45,293 nucleotides of DNA from Candidatus Nanohalobium sp. (GCA_042216335.1 JBDGTY010000040.1:1-45293); one strand, 5' to 3'. Shown: positions 17,392 to 27,173, numbered from the stretch's first letter. Made by a program: numbers and translations. Notes: generated by a model not told the origin, from the sequence alone.

Positions 17392-17646
17392 ATGGGAAAG
17401 ATTTCATGCGTATACAAAGTCATGCCGGAAGACGCCGAAACCGACCTGGAAAACATAAAAAAACAGCTAAAAGAACTTCTCGATGTAGAAGACCTGGGTG
17501 AGGAAGAGGTCGCATTCGGACTGAAAGCCATCAAGGTCTCCACCATCACAACCGATGAAGAAGGAGGCACAGACGCAGTCGAGGAAAAACTCGAGGAACT
17601 AGACAACGTCCAGAGCTACGAACTCGAACACTTCGACAAGATGTAG
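17392..17646 (+). CDS. ef1b: Translation elongation factor aEF-1beta
   Basis: KVMPED, EEEVAFGLKAI, DEEGGTDAVEE. Confidence 0.95.
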   Translation: MGKISCVYKVMPEDAETDLENIKKQLKELLDVEDLGEEEVAFGLKAIKVSTITTDEEGGTDAVEEKLEELDNVQSYELEHFDKM

Positions 17647-17672
17647 GAAGTTTCCTACTACTCATCCTTCTT

Positions 17673-17804
17673 TCAGAACTTCTGCTCCCCACCACCACAG
17701 ACATTGCAGCCATACTCCAACTTATCCTCGCTGCAGACTCTACTGCCGCATACCTCGCAGCCGGTGACGGCCTCCCTCTCACCGCAGTAGTCACATATCG
17801 CCAT
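17673..17804 (-). CDS. 43-aa multi-CxxC zinc-finger microprotein (HIT/B-box-like; not in ORF track)
   Basis: MAICDYCGEREAVTGCEVCGSRVCSEDKLEYGCNVCGGGEQKF*; fills the gap between ef1b and fen. Confidence 0.85.
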   Translation of the reverse strand: MAICDYCGEREAVTGCEVCGSRVCSEDKLEYGCNVCGGGEQKF

Positions 17805-17840
17805 GTAACTGTTTAAGTCTGAGGTCGGTTAATTCTTTCC

Positions 17841-18863
17841 ATGGGAGTAGACCTGGGAGAACTGGTGGAACCGGAGGAGATAGACTTCGCAGACCTGAAC
17901 GACAAGGTCATAGCGGTCGACGCGATGAACACCATGTACCAGTTCCTCAGTATAATCAGGCAGAGGGACGGCACACCGCTGAAGGACTCCAACGGAAACA
18001 CTACATCGCACCTCTCAGGGCTTTTCTACCGTTCAATCAATTTACTGGAGAAGAATATCCGGCCGGTCTACGTCTTCGACGGAAAGCCTCCACAGCTGAA
18101 GGCGAAGGAGGCGAAGGAAAGAAGAAGGAAGAGGGAGGAAGCCCGGAAGGAGTGGGAAAGACTGAAGGAGGAAGGCAAGATATCCGAGGCGTACTCCAAG
18201 GCGACCCAGAGTTCAAAACTTACCGGTGAGATGATCAAGGAGGCTCAGAAACTTCTGGATGCAATGGGTTTGCCGTACATCGTGGCGGAGAGCGAGGGAG
18301 AGGCCCAGGCCGCCTACATGTCGAAAAACGGTGATGTCTACGCTGTCGGAAGTCAGGACTGGGACTGTCTCCTGTTCGGTGCCGACACGATGGTAAGGAA
18401 CCTGACGTCAAGAAAGACACGGAAGACTTCCGGTGGCGGGAGAAAGAAGGTCTCGACAGAGAAGATAGTTCTGGAAGACGTGCTTGAACAGCTCGGCATC
18501 ACGCATGAGAAGCTGCAATGGCTGGGTATACTGGTCGGAACGGACTTCAACCCGGACGGTATCTACGGCATCGGTCCCAAGACCGCACTGAAACTGGTGA
18601 AAGAGTACGAGAGTTTCGACGAACTGATGGAGGATGAGAAGGTTGAGTGGGAGTCGGAGAACGATCCTGAAGCCATCCTCGATTTCTTCCAGGACCCGCC
18701 CGTGGAAGATGTCGACTTCGAGTTCACTGATCCCGACAAGGACGAAATCCGGGAAGTACTGATCAAGCAGCACGACTTCTCCGAGAAAAGAGTGAATTCA
18801 GGGCTGGAAAGCCTGGAGACAGCGCTTGAATCCCGGCAGTCCGGCCTCGACAGCTTTACCTGA
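17841..18863 (+). CDS. fen: Flap endonuclease 1
   Basis: MGV start, YQFLSIIRQRDG, TSHLSGLFYR, EGEAQAA, SQDWD, GTDFN, GIGPK, C-terminal PIP box QSGLDSF. Confidence 0.98.
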   Translation: MGVDLGELVEPEEIDFADLNDKVIAVDAMNTMYQFLSIIRQRDGTPLKDSNGNTTSHLSGLFYRSINLLEKNIRPVYVFDGKPPQLKAKEAKERRRKREEARKEWERLKEEGKISEAYSKATQSSKLTGEMIKEAQKLLDAMGLPYIVAESEGEAQAAYMSKNGDVYAVGSQDWDCLLFGADTMVRNLTSRKTRKTSGGGRKKVSTEKIVLEDVLEQLGITHEKLQWLGILVGTDFNPDGIYGIGPKTALKLVKEYESFDELMEDEKVEWESENDPEAILDFFQDPPVEDVDFEFTDPDKDEIREVLIKQHDFSEKRVNSGLESLETALESRQSGLDSFT

Positions 18864-18874
18864 CTTGAGGCTAT

Positions 18875-19612
18875 TTATTCTCTTGATTCTTCGATTTCCT
18901 GTATTCTTTCTTCCTCAAGTTGTTTCATAATTTGTGGAACGTGATCCAGTTCTGATTCCAGTTTAGTTCTCATATGTCCCCATTCTGCACGGATCAGTCC
19001 CTGCTTTCTTCGCCCATGTTCCTCTTCTTCATCTACTACCTTATCGAAGATAATCCGCTCTTCCTTCACCTTGTTTATCTCTTCGGCTATTTTTTCCCGG
19101 TCATAGCCTCTTTCGTCTGCTTCTCTCAGTATTTCATGAGTGGTTCTTCCTGCACCTATTATAACTCCGTCTTTGAATTCTACGTCGGGCCACGCTCTGG
19201 TGTGCCGTCTTTCATCTTGGTTTAGTGGATCCTTTGATCCGTATCTCTTCTCAAGTTGGAACTTTTTCATACTGTGTGTCTTACGCCCTTGCATCGAATA
19301 GGTATTAGGATTGAAGGATTTGTGCCTCACTGACTTCGCCAGTTCACCTAGGCCTCCGTCGTGGAACTCCTTCAAACTGTCATACACCTTTGCCTTACTG
19401 CTGATTCTATCAAGTCTGTCCTCGAGTTCACCAAGACTGTAATCCAGTTCCTCAGAATACTCTTCCGCTACTTCTCCGACATCCAGATCAAACTCAGCTA
19501 TCCAAGCCGCAGCAGAATCTACCTGCTCATCTCTTCTCTCATATGCCTCAACAAATTCCTCATATCCTTCCGGGGGCTCATCCAACAGGCTAGATTCTTC
19601 TACAACCGACAT
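18875..19612 (-). CDS. Hypothetical protein
   Basis: 245 aa, acidic ends and basic centre; no family recognised. Confidence 0.75.
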   Translation of the reverse strand: MSVVEESSLLDEPPEGYEEFVEAYERRDEQVDSAAAWIAEFDLDVGEVAEEYSEELDYSLGELEDRLDRISSKAKVYDSLKEFHDGGLGELAKSVRHKSFNPNTYSMQGRKTHSMKKFQLEKRYGSKDPLNQDERRHTRAWPDVEFKDGVIIGAGRTTHEILREADERGYDREKIAEEINKVKEERIIFDKVVDEEEEHGRRKQGLIRAEWGHMRTKLESELDHVPQIMKQLEEERIQEIEESRE

Positions 19613-19649
19613 AAATCCGATTTGTGCCTAAAAAGTTAAAAATATTCTC

Positions 19650-21440
19650 TCAGTTCGAAAACTCCATATCTCTTGTCTCCCGCAGTTCTTTCAGGACGAG
19701 CTGCATCATCTCTCCCAGTTCCTCGTAGCCCTCTCTGATGTCTTTGATCTCCTCTTCCTGCCTGTCGAGTTCGTCCACGACTGTCTCGAGGTCTTCCTGT
19801 TTGACTTCCGCCTCGGCCGACTCTACCTTATCTTCCAGTGTCCGGATCCTGCTTCTGACCTCCGTCAGTTCCTTCTTCTCGGTTCTCTGGGCTCTTGCCA
19901 GCACCTTTTCCAGGTTCTGGTTCAGGTCCTCTATCATGTCGGGAGAGGCTGAGTCTGCAGCCGTCTGTTCCTGGCTGTCTTCTACAGCTTTCTCCGTTTC
20001 CTCTACTTTGCTCTGAAGCTCCTTGTATTCGTCCTGTGAAAGCAGTTTGAGCTCTGCCAGGTCATCGAAGTCGTTGAATATCCATTTGAAGTCGGAAACC
20101 ATGCCTTTCAGCTGTTCGACCTCTTTCTGAAGCTGAGAGACGTCCATGTCTTCCTGGCTTTCCTTTACTTTTTCAAGTCTGGATTCCAGGTTCTCGACTT
20201 TTATCATCAGGTCCTCGAAGTCTCTCTGCTCTACCTCGGAGAGCCGGGCCTCAACCTCTTCGAATTCCTCGAGATCGGTCTTGCTGTCGATCAAAGCTGC
20301 CAGCTCGTCGATCTGCTCCTCAAGCTGGTCTGTGTCGGCTGTCTCGATCCCTTCGACTTTCTCCCGGAGCTTTTCGATTTCTTCCTCTACTTCCTCGATA
20401 TACTGCTCCAGTTCCTCTGTATCGCTCGTCTCGAAGTCCTCTATCTTTTCCTCCATGCCTGAGATCTCTTCCCTGATGTCCTCAAGTTCTTCGGCGTCGG
20501 CCTTGTCTTCAAGGCCTTCTTTTGCTTCTTCTGCCGTTTCCTCTACCTCTTCAACTTTTTCTTCGACTTCCCCGATGCTGTCTCCGAAGTCCTCGACCTT
20601 GAGCTCCACTTCCTCTATGTTCTGCTCGGCTTCCTCGACTTCCTGTTCTATCTCCTCCACATCTCGCTGGAGCTCGTCGATCTTTTCGCTTGATTCATCT
20701 GCGGCAGCTTCCTCGATCCTTTCCTCAAGTTCCTGTATCTGTTCCTCAAGTTCGTCGATCCTTTCGTCTTCTTCCTGTTCTATCTCATCTCTCAGTTCGT
20801 CAAGCTCATCCTGGATGTCTTCCTGGCTTTCCTGTTCGATCTTCTCTTCCAGATCTTCGATTCTGCCGATCTTTTCGTCGTATTCTTCCTTCAGGTCGTT
20901 GATGAGGTCTGTCTTCTCCGCGATTCGATCTTTCAGCTCGTTGAGCTCGGTCTGGTGATCAAGTTCGTCTAGCTGGTCTTCAAGGTCGGAGAGCCGGTCT
21001 CTCAGCTCCTGTACATCTACTTCGTCTTCTTCTCTGACCTCCTCAATCTCGTATTCGAGTTCCTCGATCCTGTCCCTGAGCTGGCTGGTGTCTGGGTTTT
21101 CATCGTTTTCCTGCTCCAGGTCTGCCTCATCCTCATCTTCAGTTTCTTCCTCAGTTTCTGATCCTTCTTGTTCTTTATCCGATTCTTCCTGAGAAGATCC
21201 GTCTTCCTCTTCGTCTTTTTCTTCCGTATCCTGTTTTTCTGGCTGTTCTTCCGACTCTTCTTCGCTTCCCGATTCGAAGAGCGTCTCATCCTCGTTTTCC
21301 GAGCTTTCTTCGGCATCTCCTATTTCATCTGTAGTTTCTTCCTCGGGTTCCTCGTTATTTCCTTCAGAACTGTCGAAAAGTGTTTCCTGTTCTTCCTCTT
21401 CCGAGTCGTCTTCTCCGCCGAATATTACCTCTTCAGCCAT
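19650..21440 (-). CDS. Very acidic long coiled-coil protein with disordered N-terminus
   Basis: About 115 aa D/E/S-rich head followed by heptad L/I-E-E patterns for more than 450 aa; no Walker motifs. Confidence 0.85.
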   Translation of the reverse strand: MAEEVIFGGEDDSEEEEQETLFDSSEGNNEEPEEETTDEIGDAEESSENEDETLFESGSEEESEEQPEKQDTEEKDEEEDGSSQEESDKEQEGSETEEETEDEDEADLEQENDENPDTSQLRDRIEELEYEIEEVREEDEVDVQELRDRLSDLEDQLDELDHQTELNELKDRIAEKTDLINDLKEEYDEKIGRIEDLEEKIEQESQEDIQDELDELRDEIEQEEDERIDELEEQIQELEERIEEAAADESSEKIDELQRDVEEIEQEVEEAEQNIEEVELKVEDFGDSIGEVEEKVEEVEETAEEAKEGLEDKADAEELEDIREEISGMEEKIEDFETSDTEELEQYIEEVEEEIEKLREKVEGIETADTDQLEEQIDELAALIDSKTDLEEFEEVEARLSEVEQRDFEDLMIKVENLESRLEKVKESQEDMDVSQLQKEVEQLKGMVSDFKWIFNDFDDLAELKLLSQDEYKELQSKVEETEKAVEDSQEQTAADSASPDMIEDLNQNLEKVLARAQRTEKKELTEVRSRIRTLEDKVESAEAEVKQEDLETVVDELDRQEEEIKDIREGYEELGEMMQLVLKELRETRDMEFSN

Positions 21441-21506
21441 TCTACTTCTAGTAGAGAATTTCCGTCAAAAAGTTAAAAGCCTTTGTAGAATCAGCGGTGA
21501 CAACAC

Positions 21507-22337
21507 CTACTTCAGTTCGGTCTTCACGACCTCGGAGAGATCCGCGACCACACTCAAGAGATTCTTAACGTCATCCCTAACGTCTTCCATGTCTTCACGT
21601 ATGTCCTCGGTCGATTTCTCCACGCTCTCGTCAATACGTTCGTCCAGGCCGCTGGAAAGCCTCTGAAGCTCTTCCTCTACCTCGTCGACCCGGTCCATCA
21701 GGTCTTCGGGGGTGTCGGTGACTTCCAGCTTCTCCTCCAGGTCTCTTATCCTGTTCAGTTCGGCCTTGTCGTGGATGCTCCTGTTCTGCATCTCAAGCTC
21801 CAAATCCTCGACCCGCGAGTCTATATCCTCTATCCTGCCTGTTTCCTCGACGTCCGAGCCCATAATGGCTTCCTCAAGCTCCTCGACACGCTCCTCTATC
21901 CCTGCGCTGACAGTCGAGACCTCTTTCTCGCCTTCCTCAATCTTCCGTATCCTTTTCTCGAGGTCCGCGACCCGTTCAAGACTGGCACCCATCTCTTTCT
22001 CCGCCTTGAGGCCTTTATCTTCCTCAACGTTTTCTTCAAGTTCCTCGACCTTCTCCTCAAGCTCTTCCACTTCCCCAGAGCTTATGCCTTCTTCATCATT
22101 CTCTGTCTTTTCTTGAGGTTCTTCCATCTTCTTTTCCAGTTCCTGTATCCTTTTCTTCTCTGTCCGGGCCTCCTCCAGCTCTGCCTCAAGTTCTTCGATT
22201 CTTTCTCGCATCTCGTCAAGTTCCTGCTCCGCTTCCTCGTTATCGTTTTCGGCATCCCTGTGCATCCCAGGTACGGATTCCTGCTTCTCGGAGTCGATCA
22301 TCTGCTTGACTTCCTCGAGGTTTTCCTCTACACCCAT
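21507..22337 (-). CDS. Acidic coiled-coil protein (start moved to ATG 22337)
   Basis: Repeated RV/IEELE heptads; MGVEENLEEVKQ start leaves room for the divergent promoter. Confidence 0.8.
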   Translation of the reverse strand: MGVEENLEEVKQMIDSEKQESVPGMHRDAENDNEEAEQELDEMRERIEELEAELEEARTEKKRIQELEKKMEEPQEKTENDEEGISSGEVEELEEKVEELEENVEEDKGLKAEKEMGASLERVADLEKRIRKIEEGEKEVSTVSAGIEERVEELEEAIMGSDVEETGRIEDIDSRVEDLELEMQNRSIHDKAELNRIRDLEEKLEVTDTPEDLMDRVDEVEEELQRLSSGLDERIDESVEKSTEDIREDMEDVRDDVKNLLSVVADLSEVVKTELK

Positions 22338-22391
22338 ACTTTTTCTTTCCTTTGCGGTGTTAATAAATTCTCCCGCAACCAAATCCGGGAT

Positions 22392-23843
22392 ATGAAACCA
22401 GTGCTTCTAGTGGTGATGGACGGTGTAGGGCTCCGGGAAGAAACAGAAGGAAACGCATTCAAACAGGCAGACACACCTAACCTAGGCAAACTCATGGCAA
22501 GACAAGGGTTCGCCAAATTAGAGGCATCCGGCCCGGCCGTAGGACTGCCCGAAGGATATACAGGCAACTCAGAGGTAGGCCATCTACACCTTGGAGCCGG
22601 ACGAACGATACCGCAGAGACTCACCAGGATAAACCAGGCGATAGAAAACAACGAACTAAAGGAAAAAGAGACCCTGGAAAACTCGCTTCAAACGGCAGAG
22701 GAAGAAGATCAAACAGTCCACCTCGCAGGAATAATCAGCGACGGTGGAATCCACGGCCACATCGACCACCTGAAAGCGCTTCTGGAGATCGCCTCGGACT
22801 ACGATGTAGAGGTGAAGATCCACTGCTTCACGGATGGAAGGGATGTAGCGCCGAAGTCTGCGGAAAAGTTCATAGAAAAGATAGAAGGATGGTGTGAGGA
22901 GTACACTGGCGAAATCGCCACGGTCATGGGCCGCTACTACAGCATGGATCGCGACCACAACTGGGAGAGAACACAGAAAGCCTACAAGGCGATGGCAGGG
23001 GGAGAAGGATTCGGGTTCTCCGATCCGAGGGAGGCGCTTGAGGAAACCTATGAGGATGGTGACTATGACTACTTCGTCATTCCATCCGTTTCAGAAAATT
23101 ATGAAGGTATGGAAGACGACGATCAGCTAGTCTTCTACAATTTCAGGGCTGACAGGGAGAGGCAGATCGTGGAGGCCCTGCTGAAAGAGAATTTCCAACA
23201 GTTCGATAACCCTGTTCGACCGGATTTTGTATCGATGTTTCGCTACAGGGAGGACTTCGACAATCCTGTTCTTTTCGATAAACAGGTGGTCGAGGATACT
23301 CTAGGGGAGAAGATTGAGGACGCAGGGATGTCCCAACTCCGGGTCGCGGAATCCCAGAAGAAGCCGCACGTCACCTACTTCTTCAATGGCCAGAGGGAAC
23401 TGGAGTTCGAGCATGAGGAGCGTCACTTCGTAGAATCCGACAAGATCAAGGCGTACGACCAGAAGCCGGAGATGCACGCCGACGACATCACCGATGTAGT
23501 GCTAGAGGCGCTGGAGGAAGGTGAGAAGGACTTCATCCTCCTGAACTTTGCCAACTGTGACCTGGTCGGCCATACAGGCGAGTTAGATGCTGCGGTCACG
23601 GCGGTTGAAACAGTTGACGGGAACATCGGCAGACTGGTGGAAAAGGTTAGAGAGACGGACTACGAGATGTTGGTCACTGCTGATCATGGGAACTGCGAGA
23701 ATATGGGAACGGAGGAAGGCCCCAACACCTCTCACACCTTGAACAGGGTGCCTCTGATACAGGTAGAGGCGGAGTTGCCGGAAGACATTGGGGAGATAAC
23801 GGATGTAAGGAGACTGGTCGAAAATTCTCTGGAACTATCCTGA
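22392..23843 (+). CDS. gpmI: 2,3-bisphosphoglycerate-independent phosphoglycerate mutase (true start 22392)
   Basis: LVVMDGVG, GNSEVGH, SDGGIHGH, TDGRD, GRYYSMDRD, NFRADR, HVTYFFNG, DLVGHTG, TADHGN. Confidence 0.96.
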   Translation: MKPVLLVVMDGVGLREETEGNAFKQADTPNLGKLMARQGFAKLEASGPAVGLPEGYTGNSEVGHLHLGAGRTIPQRLTRINQAIENNELKEKETLENSLQTAEEEDQTVHLAGIISDGGIHGHIDHLKALLEIASDYDVEVKIHCFTDGRDVAPKSAEKFIEKIEGWCEEYTGEIATVMGRYYSMDRDHNWERTQKAYKAMAGGEGFGFSDPREALEETYEDGDYDYFVIPSVSENYEGMEDDDQLVFYNFRADRERQIVEALLKENFQQFDNPVRPDFVSMFRYREDFDNPVLFDKQVVEDTLGEKIEDAGMSQLRVAESQKKPHVTYFFNGQRELEFEHEERHFVESDKIKAYDQKPEMHADDITDVVLEALEEGEKDFILLNFANCDLVGHTGELDAAVTAVETVDGNIGRLVEKVRETDYEMLVTADHGNCENMGTEEGPNTSHTLNRVPLIQVEAELPEDIGEITDVRRLVENSLELS

Positions 23844-23845
23844 CT

Positions 23846-24118
23846 TCAAGGAGTTGAACTCCCACCAGAACCGGACTCTGAACTGCTCACTGCGCAGTCT
23901 CTCGCTGATTCCGGAGGTTTCTTACAGTTCTGCCAGTTGGCGCTGTCGATCATGCAGTTCTTGTACTTCGTCTGCTTCACGCTGCAACTGGCATCTTCCT
24001 GCTGGTTTCCCAGAAATGTGCTGAAACTGTCGGTCTCGCTCTGGAGCATGAAAGCCAGCACCATGGCTGCTATGATGGCAATCATCGCCACGACAACAAG
24101 CTGGATAGTCTTGTCCAT
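23846..24118 (-). CDS. Pilin-like protein (no obvious cleavable leader)
   Basis: N-terminal hydrophobic helix, small four-Cys head, downstream of the 24128 pilin. Confidence 0.7.
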   Translation of the reverse strand: MDKTIQLVVVAMIAIIAAMVLAFMLQSETDSFSTFLGNQQEDASCSVKQTKYKNCMIDSANWQNCKKPPESARDCAVSSSESGSGGSSTP

Positions 24119-24127
24119 TATATCTCC

Positions 24128-24418
24128 TTAAGTCTGGCACTGGTATTCTGATGCGCTCGGGCCTATTCCGAGCTGGTTCTGCACTCCGGTCTTCACCTTT
24201 CCGTCACTGCCATAGCAGGTACTTGGCAGTTCAACGCTCTGGGCTCCTGCACTACATTGTGCCTTTACCGTGCTTGTACAGCTTGTTACGCCTGTGTCCT
24301 TGAAGAATCCTGTCAGGCTTCCGGATGTGAACATTATTACCAGGAGCGCTGTCATCATGAGAACGGATGCGGCCACGATGAGTGACAGTACCTGGGACAT
24401 TCCCTTTCGACTTTTCAT
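24128..24418 (-). CDS. Type IV pilin with class III signal peptide; candidate major pilin
   Basis: MKSRKG|MSQVLSLIVAASVLMM, four Cys; own TATA box (TTTTTATA at 24442-24449, minus strand). Confidence 0.85.
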   Translation of the reverse strand: MKSRKGMSQVLSLIVAASVLMMTALLVIMFTSGSLTGFFKDTGVTSCTSTVKAQCSAGAQSVELPSTCYGSDGKVKTGVQNQLGIGPSASEYQCQT

Positions 24419-24495
24419 GAAAAACTATTGAGGTGGTCTGGTATAAAAATGCAGTGCCGGCGTGAAGAAAGAGAAAACTAGGGAAAAATTAGGTT

Positions 24496-24783
24496 TTATT
24501 CGGGCTGTCTGAGATCAACTTGGATGGATGAAACGTTGATCTCATCGCCTTCATCCGTCTCGATGTCGTCAGTACCGATAGAGATATCCTCGACCTCTGC
24601 TTCCTCAACAAAACGGTCTCTGACAATTTCTGCAACGTCTACAGCTCTGGAGATAGCCTTTCCACGAGCCTTGACGTGGACAGTTTCATGTCCCTCGTTG
24701 AACTGAGTTACAACTGCGAGCACGTAGCTCATTGCAGGTTTGGATCCGACGTACACTGTATTGTCATCTTCGTTCTCTGGCAT
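24496..24783 (-). CDS. albA: DNA/RNA-binding protein Alba
   Basis: [38 protein letters not shown]. Confidence 0.96.
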   Translation of the reverse strand: MPENEDDNTVYVGSKPAMSYVLAVVTQFNEGHETVHVKARGKAISRAVDVAEIVRDRFVEEAEVEDISIGTDDIETDEGDEINVSSIQVDLRQPE

Positions 24784-24828
24784 ACTAGTTCACCTGTATT
24801 TGGAAACTGCATTCACAATCATAAATAT

Positions 24829-25863
24829 CTATTTGGTCGGCACAGAGTATATCATCTCGAAGTTGAAATCTATCCTCTCTTTTTCCCCTTTTGAGTTTAT
24901 TACCTTCTTCTTTGAGTCGGAAAGGTTGTATTTCAGCCGTGCTCTATAAACTGCAGCTGTGGCGTCTGCAGAGTACTGTGTCCCATCATTACATTCTGGT
25001 TCGTCCTTCCCACCACACGGATCAGGGTAAGTACAGCTGTCGGAGTCTACATCCACTTCGCCTTTTATCTCAGCCTGGAAAGTTCTGGACGATCCTTTTC
25101 TGACGATCCATTCAGGCCTCTTCTTGCTGTCATCGCCGAAAAGCTTTTTCGCGTAATTTTCTTTCGAACCCTCCGCCTCTTGGATTGCTTTAGTTCTGGC
25201 CTCAGATTTTTCAGCAGATCTTGACTCAGGACAGTCGCTTCCCTCATCATAGCCTGTGGCGGTTATAGGGCTCCTATCCTTGATATATTGGGGGATCCGA
25301 GATGCGAAGCTCACAGAATACTCTCCAAGCTTGAGATATCTGTTCGGAGGGTTATGGATTTGTAGTGTGTCGGTGATGTTTATCGTGGCTTCCGTGGCTT
25401 TTGTTTCGCATCTTATCCGGGGCCATCTTAGGTTGGCTTCGAACCTGGTTTTACTTGAGCTGTATGTGTCGACGTTTTCTATCCCTGGTGTGCTGCAGCC
25501 TATTACATCGTTCTGGGTTCTCAGGTGTGCGGTGACGGCGTCCAGGTATTCTGTCTTCACCTTCTGGTAGGTTGGTATGCTTTCCGGCCATCCCAGGTCG
25601 TCGGTGTTTCCGTCTTTTCTGTCTTCTCCTCCGTGCAGTCCCAGTTCGAGGGCGCGGATGTTCGTGGAGTAGTTAAGTTCCACGCGGGTTCTGTTCTCGT
25701 AGGCATCAGCTTTCAGCTTCGCTTCCGTTATCGTGTTGAAGTCCCCTGTCTGGTAGTTGACGGTTTTCTGTATCGTGTCTGCCGAGTATATTATACCGAA
25801 GAAGCCTGTAGTGCCTAGTGCGGCCAGCAGTACGACTGCTATAAGTGAGACGACTCCTTTCAT
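24829..25863 (-). CDS. Large minor pilin-like protein with Cys-containing C-terminal domain
   Basis: MKG|VVSLIAVVLLAALG; extracellular-type composition. Confidence 0.75.
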   Translation of the reverse strand: MKGVVSLIAVVLLAALGTTGFFGIIYSADTIQKTVNYQTGDFNTITEAKLKADAYENRTRVELNYSTNIRALELGLHGGEDRKDGNTDDLGWPESIPTYQKVKTEYLDAVTAHLRTQNDVIGCSTPGIENVDTYSSSKTRFEANLRWPRIRCETKATEATINITDTLQIHNPPNRYLKLGEYSVSFASRIPQYIKDRSPITATGYDEGSDCPESRSAEKSEARTKAIQEAEGSKENYAKKLFGDDSKKRPEWIVRKGSSRTFQAEIKGEVDVDSDSCTYPDPCGGKDEPECNDGTQYSADATAAVYRARLKYNLSDSKKKVINSKGEKERIDFNFEMIYSVPTK

Positions 25864-25868
25864 AGTTC

Positions 25869-26330
25869 TCAGTGGGAGAATACTCCTATTTTCAGTTTCC
25901 GCAGGTTTTCCGAGGGCGAGGCGATCCGGACGCTCGAGTATCGCATGCCTCCTTTGTTCGAGGAGCTTGTGTTCAGCAGGATCTTGCTTCCCTCATCTGT
26001 CTGGCTCTGTACCTCGGCATAGTACCGTTTGAATGGTGAAAGAGCGCTGTTCAGAGGATCTGTAATCTGTTTTTCTGAGATATCTGAGCCTGAAAGGTTG
26101 TATTTCCCGGCTTTCTTCATCAGCTCCCGGTTGCTGTGTATCGCTGCCGTGGCTGTATGAGCCTGGAACTTCAGCACGTTCTGGATTCTGTTCGCTCTTA
26201 GATCTGCGTTCAGCTCTATTTCAGCGATTACTGGCGCTGAGAGGAGTATAAGCAGTATAGATATTCCTAGTACGATAATACCGGGTATGTATTCAAGTGC
26301 GCCTCTTTCACGTTTTATTTCGAGTTTCAT
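25869..26330 (-). CDS. Minor pilin-like protein
   Basis: KRERG|ALEYIPGIIVLGISILLILL. Confidence 0.75.
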   Translation of the reverse strand: MKLEIKRERGALEYIPGIIVLGISILLILLSAPVIAEIELNADLRANRIQNVLKFQAHTATAAIHSNRELMKKAGKYNLSGSDISEKQITDPLNSALSPFKRYYAEVQSQTDEGSKILLNTSSSNKGGMRYSSVRIASPSENLRKLKIGVFSH

Positions 26331-26333
26331 CTG

Positions 26334-26759
26334 TCATTTACCTCTCAGTCTCTCGACTTTGTACGTTAGTTCCACGTTGACAGGGTAAAAACCTTTCTGT
26401 TCCGAGTACATGATCGATTCCAGTGAGAGTGATTCGGCGCCACCTACTTTGGTTATGCAATTAGGCTTGCCTGCGCCCACGCTTAGCTTTCCGTCTTCTG
26501 TGAGGCCCTGTTCGTTGATACTGCATGAATCAATCCTCGAGTTAAGTTCACTGAAGCTCTGGAAACCTAGTTCCCCGTTCATGTTCGAAACTGTGAAGAA
26601 GCCTGCTGTCTTATAACCTGTGCCTTTGTTAACTTCAGATGCTATATCTGAACTGGCTCCGATGAAGCCGAACAGAGCCGCCAGGATCGTGGTCGCAAGC
26701 ATGATGAAGAATATCGACTCCACCAGAAGTTCGAATACTTTGTCCAGGTTCATCCCCAT
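26334..26759 (-). CDS. Minor pilin-like protein
   Basis: MG|MNLDKVFELLVESIFFIMLATTILAALF; two Cys. Confidence 0.65.
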   Translation of the reverse strand: MGMNLDKVFELLVESIFFIMLATTILAALFGFIGASSDIASEVNKGTGYKTAGFFTVSNMNGELGFQSFSELNSRIDSCSINEQGLTEDGKLSVGAGKPNCITKVGGAESLSLESIMYSEQKGFYPVNVELTYKVERLRGK

Positions 26760-26762
26760 TTT

Positions 26763-27173
26763 TCAGCACTCACCTAGTTTGAGCCTGACCTGGCTTCTAG
26801 GCTTCTTGATCAGGCAGAGATAATCGTCCTTACCGGTTTCATACCTGAAATCCACTGGAGGGTTTATCCTGCTCTGACCCTCTCTTCCTAGCGGCTTCAG
26901 AGCCAGCGCCCCACTGCTGTAATTGATGTAGACTTTGCTCTGCTGCACCTCGATGCCGTACCTGCCACCCAGTCTGAGCTCAGCCCTTCCTCTCTCAACA
27001 CTTGACATCATGTAGATAGCGGACTGGACACGCGTACCGACGATATCAACCGTCTCGATTCTTATCTTCTCGGGGATCGACTTCGCACTGCTTACAGCCA
27101 ACGTCAAAAGCATTATCGCAAGTATAATCCCTGCGGCGTATCTACCCGGTATGGCCAGCAAACCCTTAGCCAT
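26763..27173 (-). CDS. Minor pilin-like protein
   Basis: MAKG|LLAIPGRYAAGIILAIMLL; C-terminal LCLIK...GEC. Confidence 0.75.
   Translation of the reverse strand: MAKGLLAIPGRYAAGIILAIMLLTLAVSSAKSIPEKIRIETVDIVGTRVQSAIYMMSSVERGRAELRLGGRYGIEVQQSKVYINYSSGALALKPLGREGQSRINPPVDFRYETGKDDYLCLIKKPRSQVRLKLGEC

Noticed and set aside
19650-21440. SMC/Rad50/Sph-type ATPase call for the long coiled coil
   Set aside because: No Walker A/B, signature, hinge or zinc-hook motif.
19738-22116. Long Ser-rich plus-strand ORFs (e.g. 20146..20958)
   Set aside because: Expected antisense products of Glu-rich genes.
21771-22391. 207-aa N-terminal extension on gpmI in the ORF track
   Set aside because: It is the antisense shadow of the coiled-coil gene; gpmI homology starts at ATG 22392.
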